Source: Octopus bimaculoides
Taxonomy: Eukaryota
Assembly (NCBI RefSeq): GCF_001194135.2
Contig: NC_068981.1
Span: 43,555,205-43,619,204, forward strand
Direction of reading: 5' to 3'
Length of the DNA stretch: 64,000 bases
Under the pieces are notes generated by a model. The model was not told where the DNA came from. It did not search any database and saw nothing but the letters and a program-made list of their open reading frames with translations. Of this stretch, positions 40,335-53,717 are shown piece after piece (position 1 is the stretch's first letter; every line of letters begins with the position of its first letter). The position numbers and the translations under genes were made by a program.

Positions 40335-40406
40335 TCACCAGTCCTCAGTCAAATTATCCAACCCATGCTAGCATGGAAGGCGGACGTTAAATGATGACGA
40401 TGATGA
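40335..40406 (+). mobile_element. RTE extreme 3' end
   Basis: CACCAGTCCTCAGTCAAA..GGCGGACGTTAAAT(GAT)n. Confidence 0.85.
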
Positions 40407-40442
40407 TATATATACATATAATACATCATTATCATCATCCTC

Positions 40443-41108
40443 CTCCTCATCATCATCATCATCAACATCGTTTAACGTCCGCTTTCCATGCTGGCATGGG
40501 TTGGACGGTTTGACTGGGGACTGGCGAGCCAGATGGCTGCACCAGGCTACAATCTGATCTGGCAGAGTTTCTACAGCTGGATGCCCTTCCTAGCGCCAAC
40601 CACTCTGAGGGTGTACTGGGTGCTTTTACGTGCCACCAGCACGAGGACCAGTGAAGCAGTACTGGCAGCGGCCATGCTCAAATAGTGTTTTTACATGTCA
40701 CCTGCACAGGAGCCAGTCCAGCGGGACTGGCAACGCCTTTGTTTGAATGCTGTTTTCCACGTACCTCCAGCACAAGTGCCAGTAAGGCAACACTGGTAAT
40801 GATCATACTCGAATGGTGCTTTTACGTGCCACTGGCACAGGGGCTAGTCAGTGGCCCTGGCAATGATCATGCTCGGATGGTGCTCTTAGTGCTCCACTAA
40901 CACAGATAACAGCCATGCGGTGCTGTCATCGAATTTGATTTCAATTTCACTTGCCTCAAGAGGTCTTCGCAAGCGGAGTTTAGTGTCCAATGAAAGAAAG
41001 GTATGCCTAAGTGGGCTGGTTACACCGCTGGCATAGGCCACGGGATATGGTCTCACTTGGCCTGCCAGGTCTTCTCAAGCCCAGCATATTTCCAAAGGTC
41101 TCAGTCAC
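40443..41108 (-). mobile_element. RTE LINE 3' fragment
   Basis: Reverse complement of 39255-39884; lies tail to tail with 40335-40406. Confidence 0.9.
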
Positions 41109-41249
41109 CAGCCATTGCCTCGATACATGCATACATACATATACATGTGCATATATATATATATATATATGTATATATATTATGTATGTATGTATGTATG
41201 TATGTGTGTATGTATGTATGTATGTATGTATGTATATATGTCTGTGTTC

Positions 41250-41632
41250 GTGGAGGTGCAATGGCCCAGTGGTTAGGGCAGCAGACTCGCGGTCATAGGA
41301 TCGCGGTTTTGATTCCCAGACCGGGCGTTGTGAGTGTGTATTGAGCGAAACACCTAAAGCTCCACGAGGCTCAGGCAGGGGATGGTGGCGAACCCTGCTG
41401 TATTCTTTCACTACAACTTTCTCTCATTCTTACTTCTTGTTTCTGTTGTTTTTTGTAATTCAAAGGGTCAGCCTTGTCACACTGTGTCATGCTGAATATC
41501 CCCAAGAACTACGATAAGGGTACACGTGTCTGTGGAGTGCTCAGCCACTTGCACATTAATTTCACGAGCAGGCCGTTCCGTTGATTGGATCAGCTGGAAC
41601 CCTCGACGTCGTAAGCGACGGAGTGCCAACAA
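41250..41632 (+). mobile_element. tRNA-derived SINE family B, full length
   Basis: Second copy of 10198-10581. Confidence 0.9.
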
Positions 41633-41643
41633 TGTCTGTGTGC

Positions 41644-41677
<34 letters not shown>

Positions 41678-42039
41678 ATGTGTGTGCATGGAAACGGATG
41701 AGGGTTGGCAGCAGAAAAGGGCATTCAACCATAAAAAAATCTTCCTCCTCAAATTCTCTCTGATTCATCCAAGAATGAATAAGTGGATGTTAAATGTTGA
41801 CGTTGAGTGTAACAATGATAGTTGTTTCAGAATCTGTAAATCAGAAAAAAGCAGGTTCTACAATATTTGGCAGTAAGGTAGAAATATTAATATTTATACA
41901 AAACAGTATAATAGTCATTACCATTTTCTTTATATCATCCCTTTTGATGAGCATAGGGAGTGAGTTTTCCATGAATACCCATGAGTAAAATTGGATGGGA
42001 AATTTAACTGAAATGTATGTTCAATACTGCAGTATATAA

Positions 42040-42379
42040 ATCTGCCTGCCTGCCTGCTTGTCTGTCTGTCAGTCAGTCAGTCTGTCTGTCTATCTGTCTG
42101 TATGTGTGTGTGTATGTTTGTGTTCGTCCGTCTGCATATCTGTGTGCTTGTATGTTTGTCTGCCTGTCTGTCTATCTATATATTAGTTGAATAAAGTTGT
42201 TGAATATAGCCAAACAAAAGTTTAAAAGTGATAAAAATACACATAATTTTAAAACCTGAGATGCAAAATAAATAGGAATAACTGTCCTTAAACACATTTA
42301 TGTATTTGTATATTGATATTTATATATACACACATATATACAGACACACACACATATATATATATATATGATATTTAAC

Positions 42380-42418
<39 letters not shown>

Positions 42419-42428
42419 NNNNNNNNNN

Positions 42429-42471
<43 letters not shown>

Positions 42472-42588
42472 AGCACATTTAAATGTATATAAATGTATAT
42501 ATATATACATACATATACACATGTGCATCTGTATACATGTGTATATACATAAATATGTTATAAGGACTGTTTACAACCACACATATAA

Positions 42589-42654
<66 letters not shown>

Positions 42655-43358
42655 GTATAAATATACATTATTTGGACATGCACATAAAGACCAATAATCA
42701 AAAAATTAATAAACAAATAAAAATAAGCAATGGCGAGCAGGAAAAGTAAAAGAAAGTGAATTCAAAGCTTTTACTTATTTAACGAACAGAAATCAGGAGA
42801 AAATTTGTAAATTTTTACAAACACAATTAAAATATAATGTTAGCTACAGAATACATTGTAGATCAAAGCTGAAAAGTGATGATATCAATCAAATTGACAG
42901 ATTATTAAATAGCTACTGCTTCAAGCATGCAACAAAAGCTAAAACATTAAATTATCAAAGACCAAACCCTGGTCATGGCTATTAAAACCCAAATGTAATT
43001 GTAGACACTGTAAGGATGAGGGTTTCTGTTTGATGTCTTTATTGAAGCCCTGACTGTATAGTAGCATCTCTCTCTCTCTCTGCTCTGCTCTGTTCTGCTT
43101 CTCTATTCACAGTAAGGTACTGGGTTTGTTAGGGAATATGTTGGTAACAGCATATGCTTGTGTGAGCATGCATAGATGGTCTCTCACATGCAGGCACACA
43201 CATACACACATACACACACTAACATAAAGATGCAAGCAAAGAAACACATTTACACACAGGTAAGTGTACATGTATGAGTGACGACATTGCCATAATGTGA
43301 AATATCTATATATACACAAATATAAGCGTATATTTATGAGTGTGTATTTATATGTATA

Positions 43359-43396
<38 letters not shown>

Positions 43397-43589
43397 CATA
43401 ATATTCTCTCACTCTCATTATACATATGAATGCTTGACATACCTGTGTATATTTACACTAATGCACAAAAGAAACACAAATTAACATGTCTGTACACACA
43501 CACATACATAAAACGTATATATATATATGCATATATATATATATGTCTGTGCATGTGTGTGTATATATATATATATGTATATCTATCTA

Positions 43590-43642
<53 letters not shown>

Positions 43643-43950
43643 ACATATATACATACATGCATATATATATATATACACACACAAAGACCACAGACATAGA
43701 TACACACAGACACACATATACACATACATATAATATTGATGTCAATGATGATAGGGAAAATGCTACATAGAAACATACACTCAAGTTTATGAGCATATAT
43801 AATAGTAAAGGAAAAATGTAACACTTTGCAGCATTAGAAATGTTTGTATATCTGCAATAATTTCTAATCATCATTTTGTGTGCATATCTGTATATATATC
43901 TATACATAAATATATATGTATATGCATATATATACATATATCTATATATG

Positions 43951-44015
<65 letters not shown>

Positions 44016-44408
44016 GTATAGGTATATGTGCTTATATACATATACATATATGTATATACATGTATGTATACACACATATATATATGTACAAATGCACACA
44101 CACTCACACACATATCTTTAGTTAGAAACAAATGTAGAAAAAAAAACAGAGAGAAATAACAGGTAAACAGATGTGCATAACTACATTCAAATATATCACA
44201 CTTTTGAGACATTTTAATCACTGCAAATATTTATATATCCGGTGTCAGTGTGTTAGTGTATGTGTCCATGTGTGATATTTTTATGTGATGTGTATTGAAA
44301 ACCATTAAACCATAGAATGGCACAAAGAGAAACAGATAGTTGGAATGGTGGCTATCTCATTAGTTAGCTTTATTGATAGAGGAGTAGATGACTGAAAGAT
44401 ATTAATAA

Positions 44409-44475
<67 letters not shown>

Positions 44476-44730
44476 GTGTGTATGTATGTATACACACATA
44501 TATATATATATGCACACATATATATGTATAATGATATATATATCTATATGTATGAAAAAATATATATGTATGTATATATACATATATATACATATATGCA
44601 TATATGTATGTATATATACATATATATACATATATGCATATATGTTTGTATACAAATACATATGTACATACATATAAATGTATATGTACATATATATGAA
44701 TATATGTGTATGTACATGCACACATATATG

Positions 44731-44765
<35 letters not shown>

Positions 44766-44775
44766 NNNNNNNNNN

Positions 44776-44815
<40 letters not shown>
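42040..44815. repeat. Microsatellite fields (CTGT)n/(TA)n/(CA)n with short spacers and two 10-N gaps
   Basis: Directly visible. Confidence 0.85.
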
Positions 44816-44819
<4 letters not shown>

Positions 44820-45349
44820 TGACCATAGAAAATCAGGTACTAAGATTTAGGTAACTATTTTTAATGTAGAAATCATCAAACATATAGACTTGAATATACA
44901 TTTATTCTGTTCAACTTATTTTTCGAATTTTGTTTTATTTTAGAATGATCCGAAATTCTTTGACATCAATGAAATAATTTCACATTAGTAGATAGTCAGT
45001 TCCGTTATCATTGAGTTATTTTCATTGCTTCTGAACATCACATACATAATGATGAGGTTCAATATTTAGTCAAAGAAAACACTGGATTTTTTCATGATCA
45101 ACTGGGCATCTAAAAGCAAAAAGCTAAAATATCAACATGGCATGTGTGTGAGTGTATGTATGTGTGTACACATGCACACAAACACACACACATATATGCA
45201 TGCACACACTGATATAAACACATATTTACATTATATATACATGCAAATATATATGTATTTATACATATATGTATACGTATATCCACATATATATAAATGT
45301 ATATATACATGTGAGTGTGTATGTGTGTATGTATATATATGTATGTATA

Positions 45350-45553
45350 TATATGTGTTTGTCCCCCCAACATCGCTTGACAACCGATGGTGGCGTGTTT
45401 ACGTCCCCGTAACTTAGTGCTTCAGCAAAAGCGACCGATAGAATAAGTACTAGGCTTCCAAAGAATAAGTCCTGGGATCGATTTGTTCGACTAAAGTCGG
45501 TGCTCCAGCATGGCCGCAGTCAAATGACTGAAACAAGTAAAACAGTAAAAGAG
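45350..45553 (+). mobile_element. SINE family A 3' half (young)
   Basis: Near match to 54490-54678. Confidence 0.88.
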
Positions 45554-45895
45554 CGCTCACGTGGTCGCACCAGCTAATCCTGTCTCCACTCATCAAACAC
45601 GAATTTCTGGATTCTACCTTCTTTCATTCTGGATTTATTCTTTCTGGACTGTTTTATTCTGAACTCTACACCCTTCGGCTGCACCTCTCCTACCCACGGA
45701 TTACACTGGACCCATCTTCTGATTGGAAATCGCCTCAATATACTACATCTAAAAAACTTTTGAACTTTTGAACTTTTCCACTTATGTAAACCTCCTTTAT
45801 TACCTTTATCATCTTTATATTTTCCTTTACTTTAATCGCTGACCAAACACCATTCAAATTTTTTTCTCCATGTTTTCTCCTTGTTTTCTCCGTAT

Positions 45896-45932
45896 TCTTT
45901 CTGTTGAAGAGCGTAGCTCGAAACATTAAAGA
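45896..45932 (+). ncRNA. Hammerhead-like motif, family C (variant core) within a pyrimidine-rich PLE-like repeat (~45556-46027)
   Basis: TCTTT CTGTTGA A GAGC gta GCTC GAAA CA TT | AAAGA. Stems I and II are perfect; A6->U; stem III palindrome is AACATT rather than AACGTT. Confidence 0.55.
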
Positions 45933-46424
45933 CTTTCTGTATTCCCGAGCGTCAAACTAATACATCCTTTTGTTGTTTACACCACCTGTCCTCGTCTGTT
46001 GTTGTTTTTTTTCGTACATTCTCCCAATATATATATATATATATATATATATAGTGCTTTCAAGATCTTGCTGAAATCTTTGCTGAAGGATCAATGAAGG
46101 CAAAGAGAGGAGAATTGCTTACTTGTGTTCCATATTCAACAGACTAATTATCTGGAACTATTGGAAAAATCTTTTCTGATGTAATCTGGAAGTCTTTACC
46201 TATTCATTTAGAGGCCTGTATCACATATCTACAATATGTACACATATACATACACAAAAACACACCCAATATACATATATGCACACATACACACAGAAAA
46301 ATATATCTGTATATCCAAAAGTCTGTGTGCCTCTTTTACCCCATTGCCACAGACCCATTGAATAAACAATTTTTTATACCTCAATCAACTAACGAAAGCC
46401 AAACCGCAACAGTACCAAAATCGT

Positions 46425-46490
46425 TATTTACATTATTTAAGTTTGACGGATATTTGTCCTCATCTCATTTGTTGTTGAGACAACATATCT
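46425..46490 (-). mobile_element. Hammerhead family A tail fragment
   Basis: Reverse complement GATATGTTGTCTCAACAACAAATGAGATGAGGACAAATATCCGTCAAAC matches 84-130. Confidence 0.75.
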
Positions 46491-46599
46491 GAATCAAATT
46501 TTACTTTACAAAACACAATGAATCCTTTTATTCTCAGTAATGTGTATATTTGTTACACAAATCTGATTCATATATTTACAGATATATGGACTTCCTTGA

Positions 46600-47230
46600 G
46601 TCGGACAAACCATCACTCCTGTCTCTGGTGTACTGAAAATGGATTCCTTCAACAGAACTTTAGCTAATGGTTGCTTCTGCTGATGATATGATCAGGTGTT
46701 CAAGATAGTAGTGAAGGTGATAACAATACCAGTTCAAGAAGGAAGCCATTACTTTTCTGAAAGCCGAAGAGAGGCCCTGCTCACTAAATTATTAACACCT
46801 GTGCCTACTTTCCTCAGACTGGCTGTTAAGAGTGGGTCTCATCAAACAATCAAGATTCCTAGAGCTTATTATACCAAGGACACTCCATCCAGATATAGTT
46901 ATCTTCTCAAATGCCAAACAGATGACTGTATTGAACCTGACTGTGCCCTGGGAAGAACACACGGAGAAAACTCATATGAGAAACTTTGCCAGATACGAGG
47001 AACTGGTGAAGTAGCACAGAAGCCAAAGCTTGAAGGCCTATCATGAGCTATTTGAAGCAGGCTACTGACATTATGTGGAACATTCTCTTTACAAAGCTCA
47101 GACTGGTTTTGGAGTTACTGGTACTGCAAAGAGGATTGCCATACATTTCTCTACTGAAACTGCAGAAATGGCCTCTAGATGACTTTGAATAAGAACAGAC
47201 CAGTGGTTTGCTGCTACTGGGACTTGATCA
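46600..47230 (+). mobile_element. HERO/NeSL-like non-LTR retrotransposon, REL endonuclease remnant
   Basis: Zn-knuckle remnant and YDQVFK, then PRTLHPDIVIFSNAKQMTVLNLTVPWEEHTEKTHMRNFARYEELV (PD-x-E/D-LTVPWEE motif); frameshifted. Confidence 0.82.
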
Positions 47231-48034
47231 AGAAAGGTTAACTAAATAAGGAGGTCTGGCGTCAAAAGACCTGCTAAGGCACCAGAAACATCACTGTTGA
47301 TGCATCTCAGGGCATGTGTGAGATGTATCTTGGAACAAACTGACATGACAGGAAAAAAAAGTTTCAAGTAAAAAACATGTGGCAAATTTATTGATTAGAA
47401 CTGGTAACAAACAACTTCATAATATAAAAATAAAACACAGGTGCAGGGATAAGCTAATGGGAAAACTCAACCTGCTAAAAATAGTAGTAAAATTCACCTT
47501 CAGATGATTTTCTAGTTTCTTAAAAATGCAAATATTATTCATTGTGTTTATTATATGATTATAATGTATAATATACTTCAAGTTATACTGTGTCTGGAAA
47601 ATGATTGGATGGTCACTCCTGGAATACCTTTGATCAGAACTACTCTGATAGTTAACATCACAAGTGATGATGATAAGGATGAAAAGGAAAGTGATAAAAT
47701 TTTGAGTTGAGCCTTACATATTTGAAATTCTTGAAATTCTATCTTCCATTTTTTAAAACTCAAGGCATATTTTCAATGGAAAATGATTTTGGGTGATTCA
47801 TTCATCCTCTCTCTACTACCAGATATATTATCAAGTATTCTATTAAATGTTTCAGACAATCAATCCATCCAAAAAGATTAAATCAGATATTTACTTTTTA
47901 TGTTTAGAGCAATTAGTTCTATTGACTTAAATTTGGCACTTATTGTAACAAGCACATCTATGAATACCCATGAAAAAAATTGCAGCCACAATTCTGTTAA
48001 CCAATGACACATTTTTTTTTTAAAGTTTCTGTAG

Positions 48035-48101
48035 CTGCTATGGCTCTTAAATCAGAGACACATTCAACTTTGAACAACTTAGAACCAGGTGGTGCAGGCA
48101 G
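48035..48101 (+). CDS. Candidate short exon of an unidentified gene
   Basis: T-rich tract plus GTAG acceptor, open frame (A)MALKSETHSTLNNLEPGGAG, donor CAG|GTAACT. No homology recognised. Confidence 0.25.
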
Positions 48102-51100
48102 GTAACTTAGAGATAAAAACTTAGAGTTTCAGTTTAATATTGCTGGCAGAGTGTGAATTAGAAAGGTATTTTAAAGTCAGAATGATGAAATAATATATTA
48201 TAAAATCAACAAACAGCACTCTATGAGGATAAATGTCCAATGTCCTTTTACAAAGTAGGCAGAAATATGACTGTGATTATGAAGTTCTTTTTTCAGCTGC
48301 ATGGCTTATTGTTCCATGACACCTTTTTGTGCATGGCATCTTGACAAAATGTACACTGCTATAGCTTTATGTGAACCAGTGCCTCATGATGGAATTTAGT
48401 GGGCAGAAAATTTAATTATTTCCTGTTATTGACATATTATACATCACACACACACACTCACATGCATGCACACACTCACACACATGAACTCACATATGTA
48501 TGTATGATTATGTGTACATGTATGCATCCATATGTTTGTGTGTATGGATGCGTGTCTATATGGATGTCTAAAAGAACAATACCGGGCTATGGATACTAAT
48601 GATGTTGTCACTGATTGGGTAGTAACATGACATTTCCTATGAATGAATGATGTGCCAGTTTAGAGGTTTTTAATTCTTCTGAAATATAAAAAAAAAATCA
48701 AATTTTTATAAAACAGGCAAGTTTGATGACATGTAAAGCATCTAGCGATAAAAATCCTGCCTCAATTTCCTCTCATTGGAACTGAACTAGCAAAGTGGTA
48801 TCAAAAATATATGTTAAACAAAATGTAGAAATGAATGAACAAATTATATATCTTGAACATTATCATTAAATCAACAATACAAAACAGACCTCATAGGTTT
48901 TGATTCAATCATTCTAATTATTTTGAATTACTTATAAAATAGAATAACTACTAAAATATAACATTGTTTAAGGAGTTATAGACTCTTAACAATTCTGTAT
49001 ATTCTCATAGACTCTTACATAAAACAATGGATTAGATTCTGTACTGGTCACTCACTGCTCTTGTTTACCCAACATTCATTAGATCCTCTACAAATTCAAA
49101 CTTTAATAGCTATAGCATCCTATTAATTAGCAGGCATTTTCCATTCTTTCACATGTTTTACATGTGATCAGCAATCCAATTATTCAGTTAATAAAAGTAT
49201 TCTCTTTAATAATAGCTGATCAGTTTAACTCAAAGAACAACAATATTGAAAATTATAAATCAAAGAAAGATATTACTCTTTTGACATTATATTGACAATT
49301 TTAGAATGATCAGGTTTGGGTTATTTTTGTTTAACTATCTTACTCTGTATAGGAGAACAATAACACTTGAAATATCATTTCAATTTTTAAAAGGTAAAAT
49401 ATATATATATATATATAGATACACACATATATAAAACAATTGAGAGAGATATTAAATCCTTTAATGTGGCAAAACTTCATTATAATTGTGAAATTAAAAC
49501 ACTTAATTACCAAATCTGATAGAAATTACCATTTCATGATAACATTTGCAGAACATATTAATAGAGACAATTGAAAGTACAGTGTGCTCACACGCTGATA
49601 TGTATATAAATACCTTTCCATTCAACATTGTAAGTATGGTTCTGATTAATTAATTCAGTCATCCATTAACATATTATGCTTCAATGAACATCATCTTATA
49701 CTGGAAGCTACAATTTTAATTCTTATAAATTAGGTAGCTGCTAGATTATATCGCATTGGTTCGTTTTTGTTTTGATTTACTCACAATAAAATATCACATC
49801 AATTTAGGTCTAAAAGCGATTTCTAAATACAACTGGTTCTGCTTCATTTATATTGACACTGAATTCTTTTGAATGAAAACATTTTGCAATAACACCACAT
49901 GATGCAATTCAATCAATAACGAACTGCTCCATTTTACACTTCACAATTGTAAGCTTACAGGATATGAAAACTGACCTAATGACCTTGCAAGAAAATGTAT
50001 TGAGGAAAAATCAAAAGAACAGAAATGAATTTATATGTTATAAGAATGAGAAACTGCTGTGATATTAAGCAGATGAAGAAAATGTTATAAATTGCTCTAA
50101 TATGAACATATTTTCAGTTGAAATCTAATTGAGATTAAATGAAAGTCAGATAAAATTTAATACTGAACATCTTATAAGAAAAACGATAGAAAGGGGGTAG
50201 TTACAATATTATTAGTCTTTTTTTTGTTTTATTCATTTACATATTTATTAATTATTTTATACCTTAATGGTCCATTTAAAATAATTCTAATTAAAAACTG
50301 TGCAACAACCTCTATTGACATTTTAAGCTGTAAATATTAGATTTGACAAATGCTGATGCAAATGAGAAAAAGAAAAATGCAACATTAGAAATAGAAAATG
50401 GGTGGACTTCAGAGAAAATTGAAACTGTATTAGATTTTCTATGTAGTTTCAATAGTTTAGCTGTTGAGGTAGCTGGAAAGATCTCAACATGAACATTAAG
50501 ATTTCTTAGAGAGGAATAATCGATTATAAAACAATAGTTAAATTATAGGCTGCTTTAAAAGGAAAATAGAGGATAACAGCTACCTGTGATATAGTAGTGA
50601 CTGGTTAACAAGTTAAAACAGCTCCGCACCAATGAATGACAACAGCAGTTTGGAAAATATGTAGTGAAGGAATGAACTGAAAACATTTTGTCATAATATT
50701 TTCTTGCTACAAGAGCCAATTGGCATTAGGAAGGAGATCCTGCCATAGAAATCATGACAAAAGCAGTTACTAGACCACAATGCTGTCCAACCCGTACCAG
50801 CAAGGGACATGAATGTTAAATGATGAAAACAGGAGATGATGATATTTAATTTTCTCAACTTTCATGACACTTTCTAAAGTTAACATTGTTTTGTATCCAG
50901 TGCTTGAATACATGAGATAAAATCAAGAAATGATTAGAATTTGTCATGGTTTGCACCATTAGAAGTCATAATCTGTTGAATAATAGTTGAAATTTCAGTG
51001 GAAGCAATTGATATGACGATGGTATTGTTGATGGGATGGTGCATGTCGATGATAACAGAGCTGATGTTGAAGTTTAGTCACAGATAAGCTCTGATCGAGT

Positions 51101-51229
51101 AGACCAATGGGAAAAGTTATTCTAGACATGAATATCTACTCTTATTGTCAGTCATTGCATATCTATATCATCTGATAAAGTATTTCATTTTTAAGGCAGT
51201 AGCTTGCTATTTCTTGCAGGCTTAATGAA

Positions 51230-51430
51230 TACAAGGGTGTGCTGCAAAGTTCCTGGCTTTGGGTAAAAAAATATACAGGAAGTTCAGTTAATTATGACTT
51301 CATTCGACATATTCTCCTTTCAGATTCACATACTTATTGTAATGGTCCTTCGGTTTTTCTAAGCCCTTTCTAAGAACTTGGAAGTTTGGGTCTCCAGCCT
51401 GGCCTTTCTCAATCCCCTTAACTTTCCCAG
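51230..51430. mobile_element. Mariner-type terminal fragment/MITE
   Basis: TA followed by CAAGGGTGTGCTGCAAAGTTCCTGGCTT resembles a mariner TIR. Confidence 0.55.
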
Positions 51431-51699
51431 GAACTTTTCAGTATCCCCTCGAATATACAAGCCTCTTCAAATATTGGTGGTGATGATAGATTGGCTGCTG
51501 TACCTAGTAAGTGCTGATCAAAGAGAGGCTTTCTTTAATAATGATGATGATAAAGAAAAATTTCACTGTTATTTCTAGTAGAATGAGTGGCCATATAAAA
51601 ACTCCTTTGTATATATATTTTCTCTTGTACTTGTTTCGGTCATTAGACTGCAGCCATGCTGGAGTATGTCCTTGAAGAATTTTAGTGCTCCTGTGCGAA

Positions 51700-52545
51700 G
51701 AGAGGTGTGTGGTTTGTGTAGCAGTGTCTGTTTTCTTCCTGTAAAGGATAATGTCATGGCAGGGGTTATTAGTGTGCAGTGTGTAATGTGAATGTGTGGG
51801 GTCTGTGTATATGTGGGGATACAATTTGCATGAAAGGGTATGTGTTGGGGGTGGTGGGCGACAGTTTTAGTTTGTGGGGTGTCTGCTTTATAGAGGAGTG
51901 TTAATGAGTACACGAGTGCCTTGGCGTGTGCTTTGGTCAAACCCTTTTTGCTGGGCTCAAGGGCATTGGTGGAAGGTCGTTTGTGGAAGGTTGAGGCAGA
52001 GAACCTGTGGTTACAATCACGGTGGTGTGTGTAGGTATGATAGAATATACTTCCTTTCATGCGGGCAAGGATTAAACACCTCACTCCTGCTATTCAGGTT
52101 AACATCTGGCCATTGGGTATCTTTTAAAATCACTCTCTTCTCAGCCAGGCATAATCTGCACTTCCTGCTGCTATTGAAGTACAGTTTGCATCTTTCTAGG
52201 ATCTTCCACTTTATGCTGTACTCCATGGCACTTTCTGTTAAGTCCAGACATTTTTGGCTAGGGTTGTGGCATTACGTCTCCCTGGGATGTTGAATGAGGA
52301 CTTGTGGTTATTAAAGCAGGTTCAGAAGGGGCCCTCCATTGCTCCCACATACCTCTGCACACTCAGTTGTCCATTGGGTCCTATTGCTGTTACTTCTGCC
52401 TCATAAACAACTGTTTCTGGATTTCAGTGGCCATTCATTGGGCAAGTTGTGTTACCTCTGCATGAGCATCCTGCCTCAGCCTCAGGTCTGGGCTTACCTA
52501 CTGAAATCATTTTTACACTAGGTGCACAGCTAAGGGATAATCTCA
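51700..52545 (-). mobile_element. Penelope-like element 3' end: C-terminal GIY-YIG endonuclease and 3' UTR
   Basis: CSCRGNTTCPMNGH*NPETVVYEAEV...RYVGAMEG..CFNNHKSSF...AKNVW...YSIKWKILERC...KCRLCLAEK...LNSRSEVFNPCPHERK; frameshifted. Confidence 0.88.
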
Positions 52546-52646
52546 GGGTATGTCTATTTATTAAATATTTTGTTGAATGCATATATATGTATATATATCA
52601 TTTATATTATTATTTGATTGAACACCACACATCCATTTCTGAATAA

Positions 52647-52675
<29 letters not shown>

Positions 52676-52681
<6 letters not shown>

Positions 52682-52832
52682 AGCCTTCTTTCAGTTTGTG
52701 ATTATGAAACCCATGCTCGATGCTTTGGTCAGCTTGAGGCTATAATAGAAGACACTTGATCAAGGTGCCATACAGTGGGACTGAACCTGGAACCATGTTG
52801 CTGAGGAGCTAATTTCTTACCACACAGCCATG
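52676..52832 (-). mobile_element. SINE family A 5' half
   Basis: Homologous to 12385-12550. Confidence 0.8.
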
Positions 52833-53039
52833 CTAAGTGGATGTTTTGCAAATTTTATGAAATGTGTTCTTTCCCAACTGTCAAATTCTTTACATGATTT
52901 CTATGAACTTTTGTTCATCATGCTATAAAATTACAGTGCCAAAAACTCATGAATATACTTGACCTCACATAATCTTCATTACCTATAATCATCAATCTCA
53001 ATTATCCTTGTCATGCCTCTTTAGTTACTGCTAGTGATG

Positions 53040-53094
53040 CTGCTAGTGTTGGTGATGATGATAATGGAAATGATAGTGATGATGATGATGATAG

Positions 53095-53125
<31 letters not shown>

Positions 53126-53395
53126 CTCTGACCTACTGACCTTCAGGTTATGAAATTTAATGCATTCATTCATAAACATACATTGTCATTACTGCTAGTA
53201 ACATGACCTCCCCCTCCTTCCTTACCTCCTCCTCTGCCTCCTCCTACCTCCATCGTCGCCACTGTTGCCACCACCACCAGCGCTACCACCGCCACCACCA
53301 CTACCACTGCCACCACCACCACCACTACCACCACCACCACTACCACCACCACCACAGTAGACACTTCACTCATCATCATCATCATCATCATCATA
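53040..53395. repeat. (GAT)n, (CCT)n, (CCA)n and (ATC)n trinucleotide repeats
   Basis: Directly visible. Confidence 0.95.
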
Positions 53396-53717
53396 GTCTT
53401 CTTTTTGCTGACCAAGTGGTAAGTTCAAACTAATGACTATGTGGTGATGAGATCAATATTAGGACTCTTGGTCTTATTTCCCAGGTGTATCTGCACACCC
53501 CAACTCATAGTCATACGTAGCTATACTTGCTATAGCTTTCCTGACTAGTAAAATAGATTTCTAACCCTAAAACTTCGAGGCTGAGAAGTTAGAAACAATA
53601 AGAGGCCATTGCAATGAAACAAATTGCCACAACACACACAAAGAAACATCTATTAGATTATGAAAAATCTTAGTAGCATGATTCGTGAAAATATAAACAA
53701 AAAGTCCACCTTACTAG

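Noticed and set aside
49940-50080. Short exon-like open stretch after TTACAG
   Set aside because: No donor site, early stops, and no recognisable homology.
52424-52426. In-frame TGA at a conserved Cys of the PLE linker, suggesting selenocysteine as reported for some Naiad PLEs
   Set aside because: The homologous copy near 36580 has TGC; this copy has another frameshift and a TGA at a non-Cys site; no convincing SECIS in the UTR; and the endonuclease is C-terminal, unlike Naiads.
53205-53417. Pro/Thr-rich stalk plus poly-Ile pseudo-transmembrane frame ending at a TG|GTAAGT donor
   Set aside because: Built from (CCT)/(CCA)/(ATC) repeats; an in-frame TGA lies immediately upstream with no acceptor after it.
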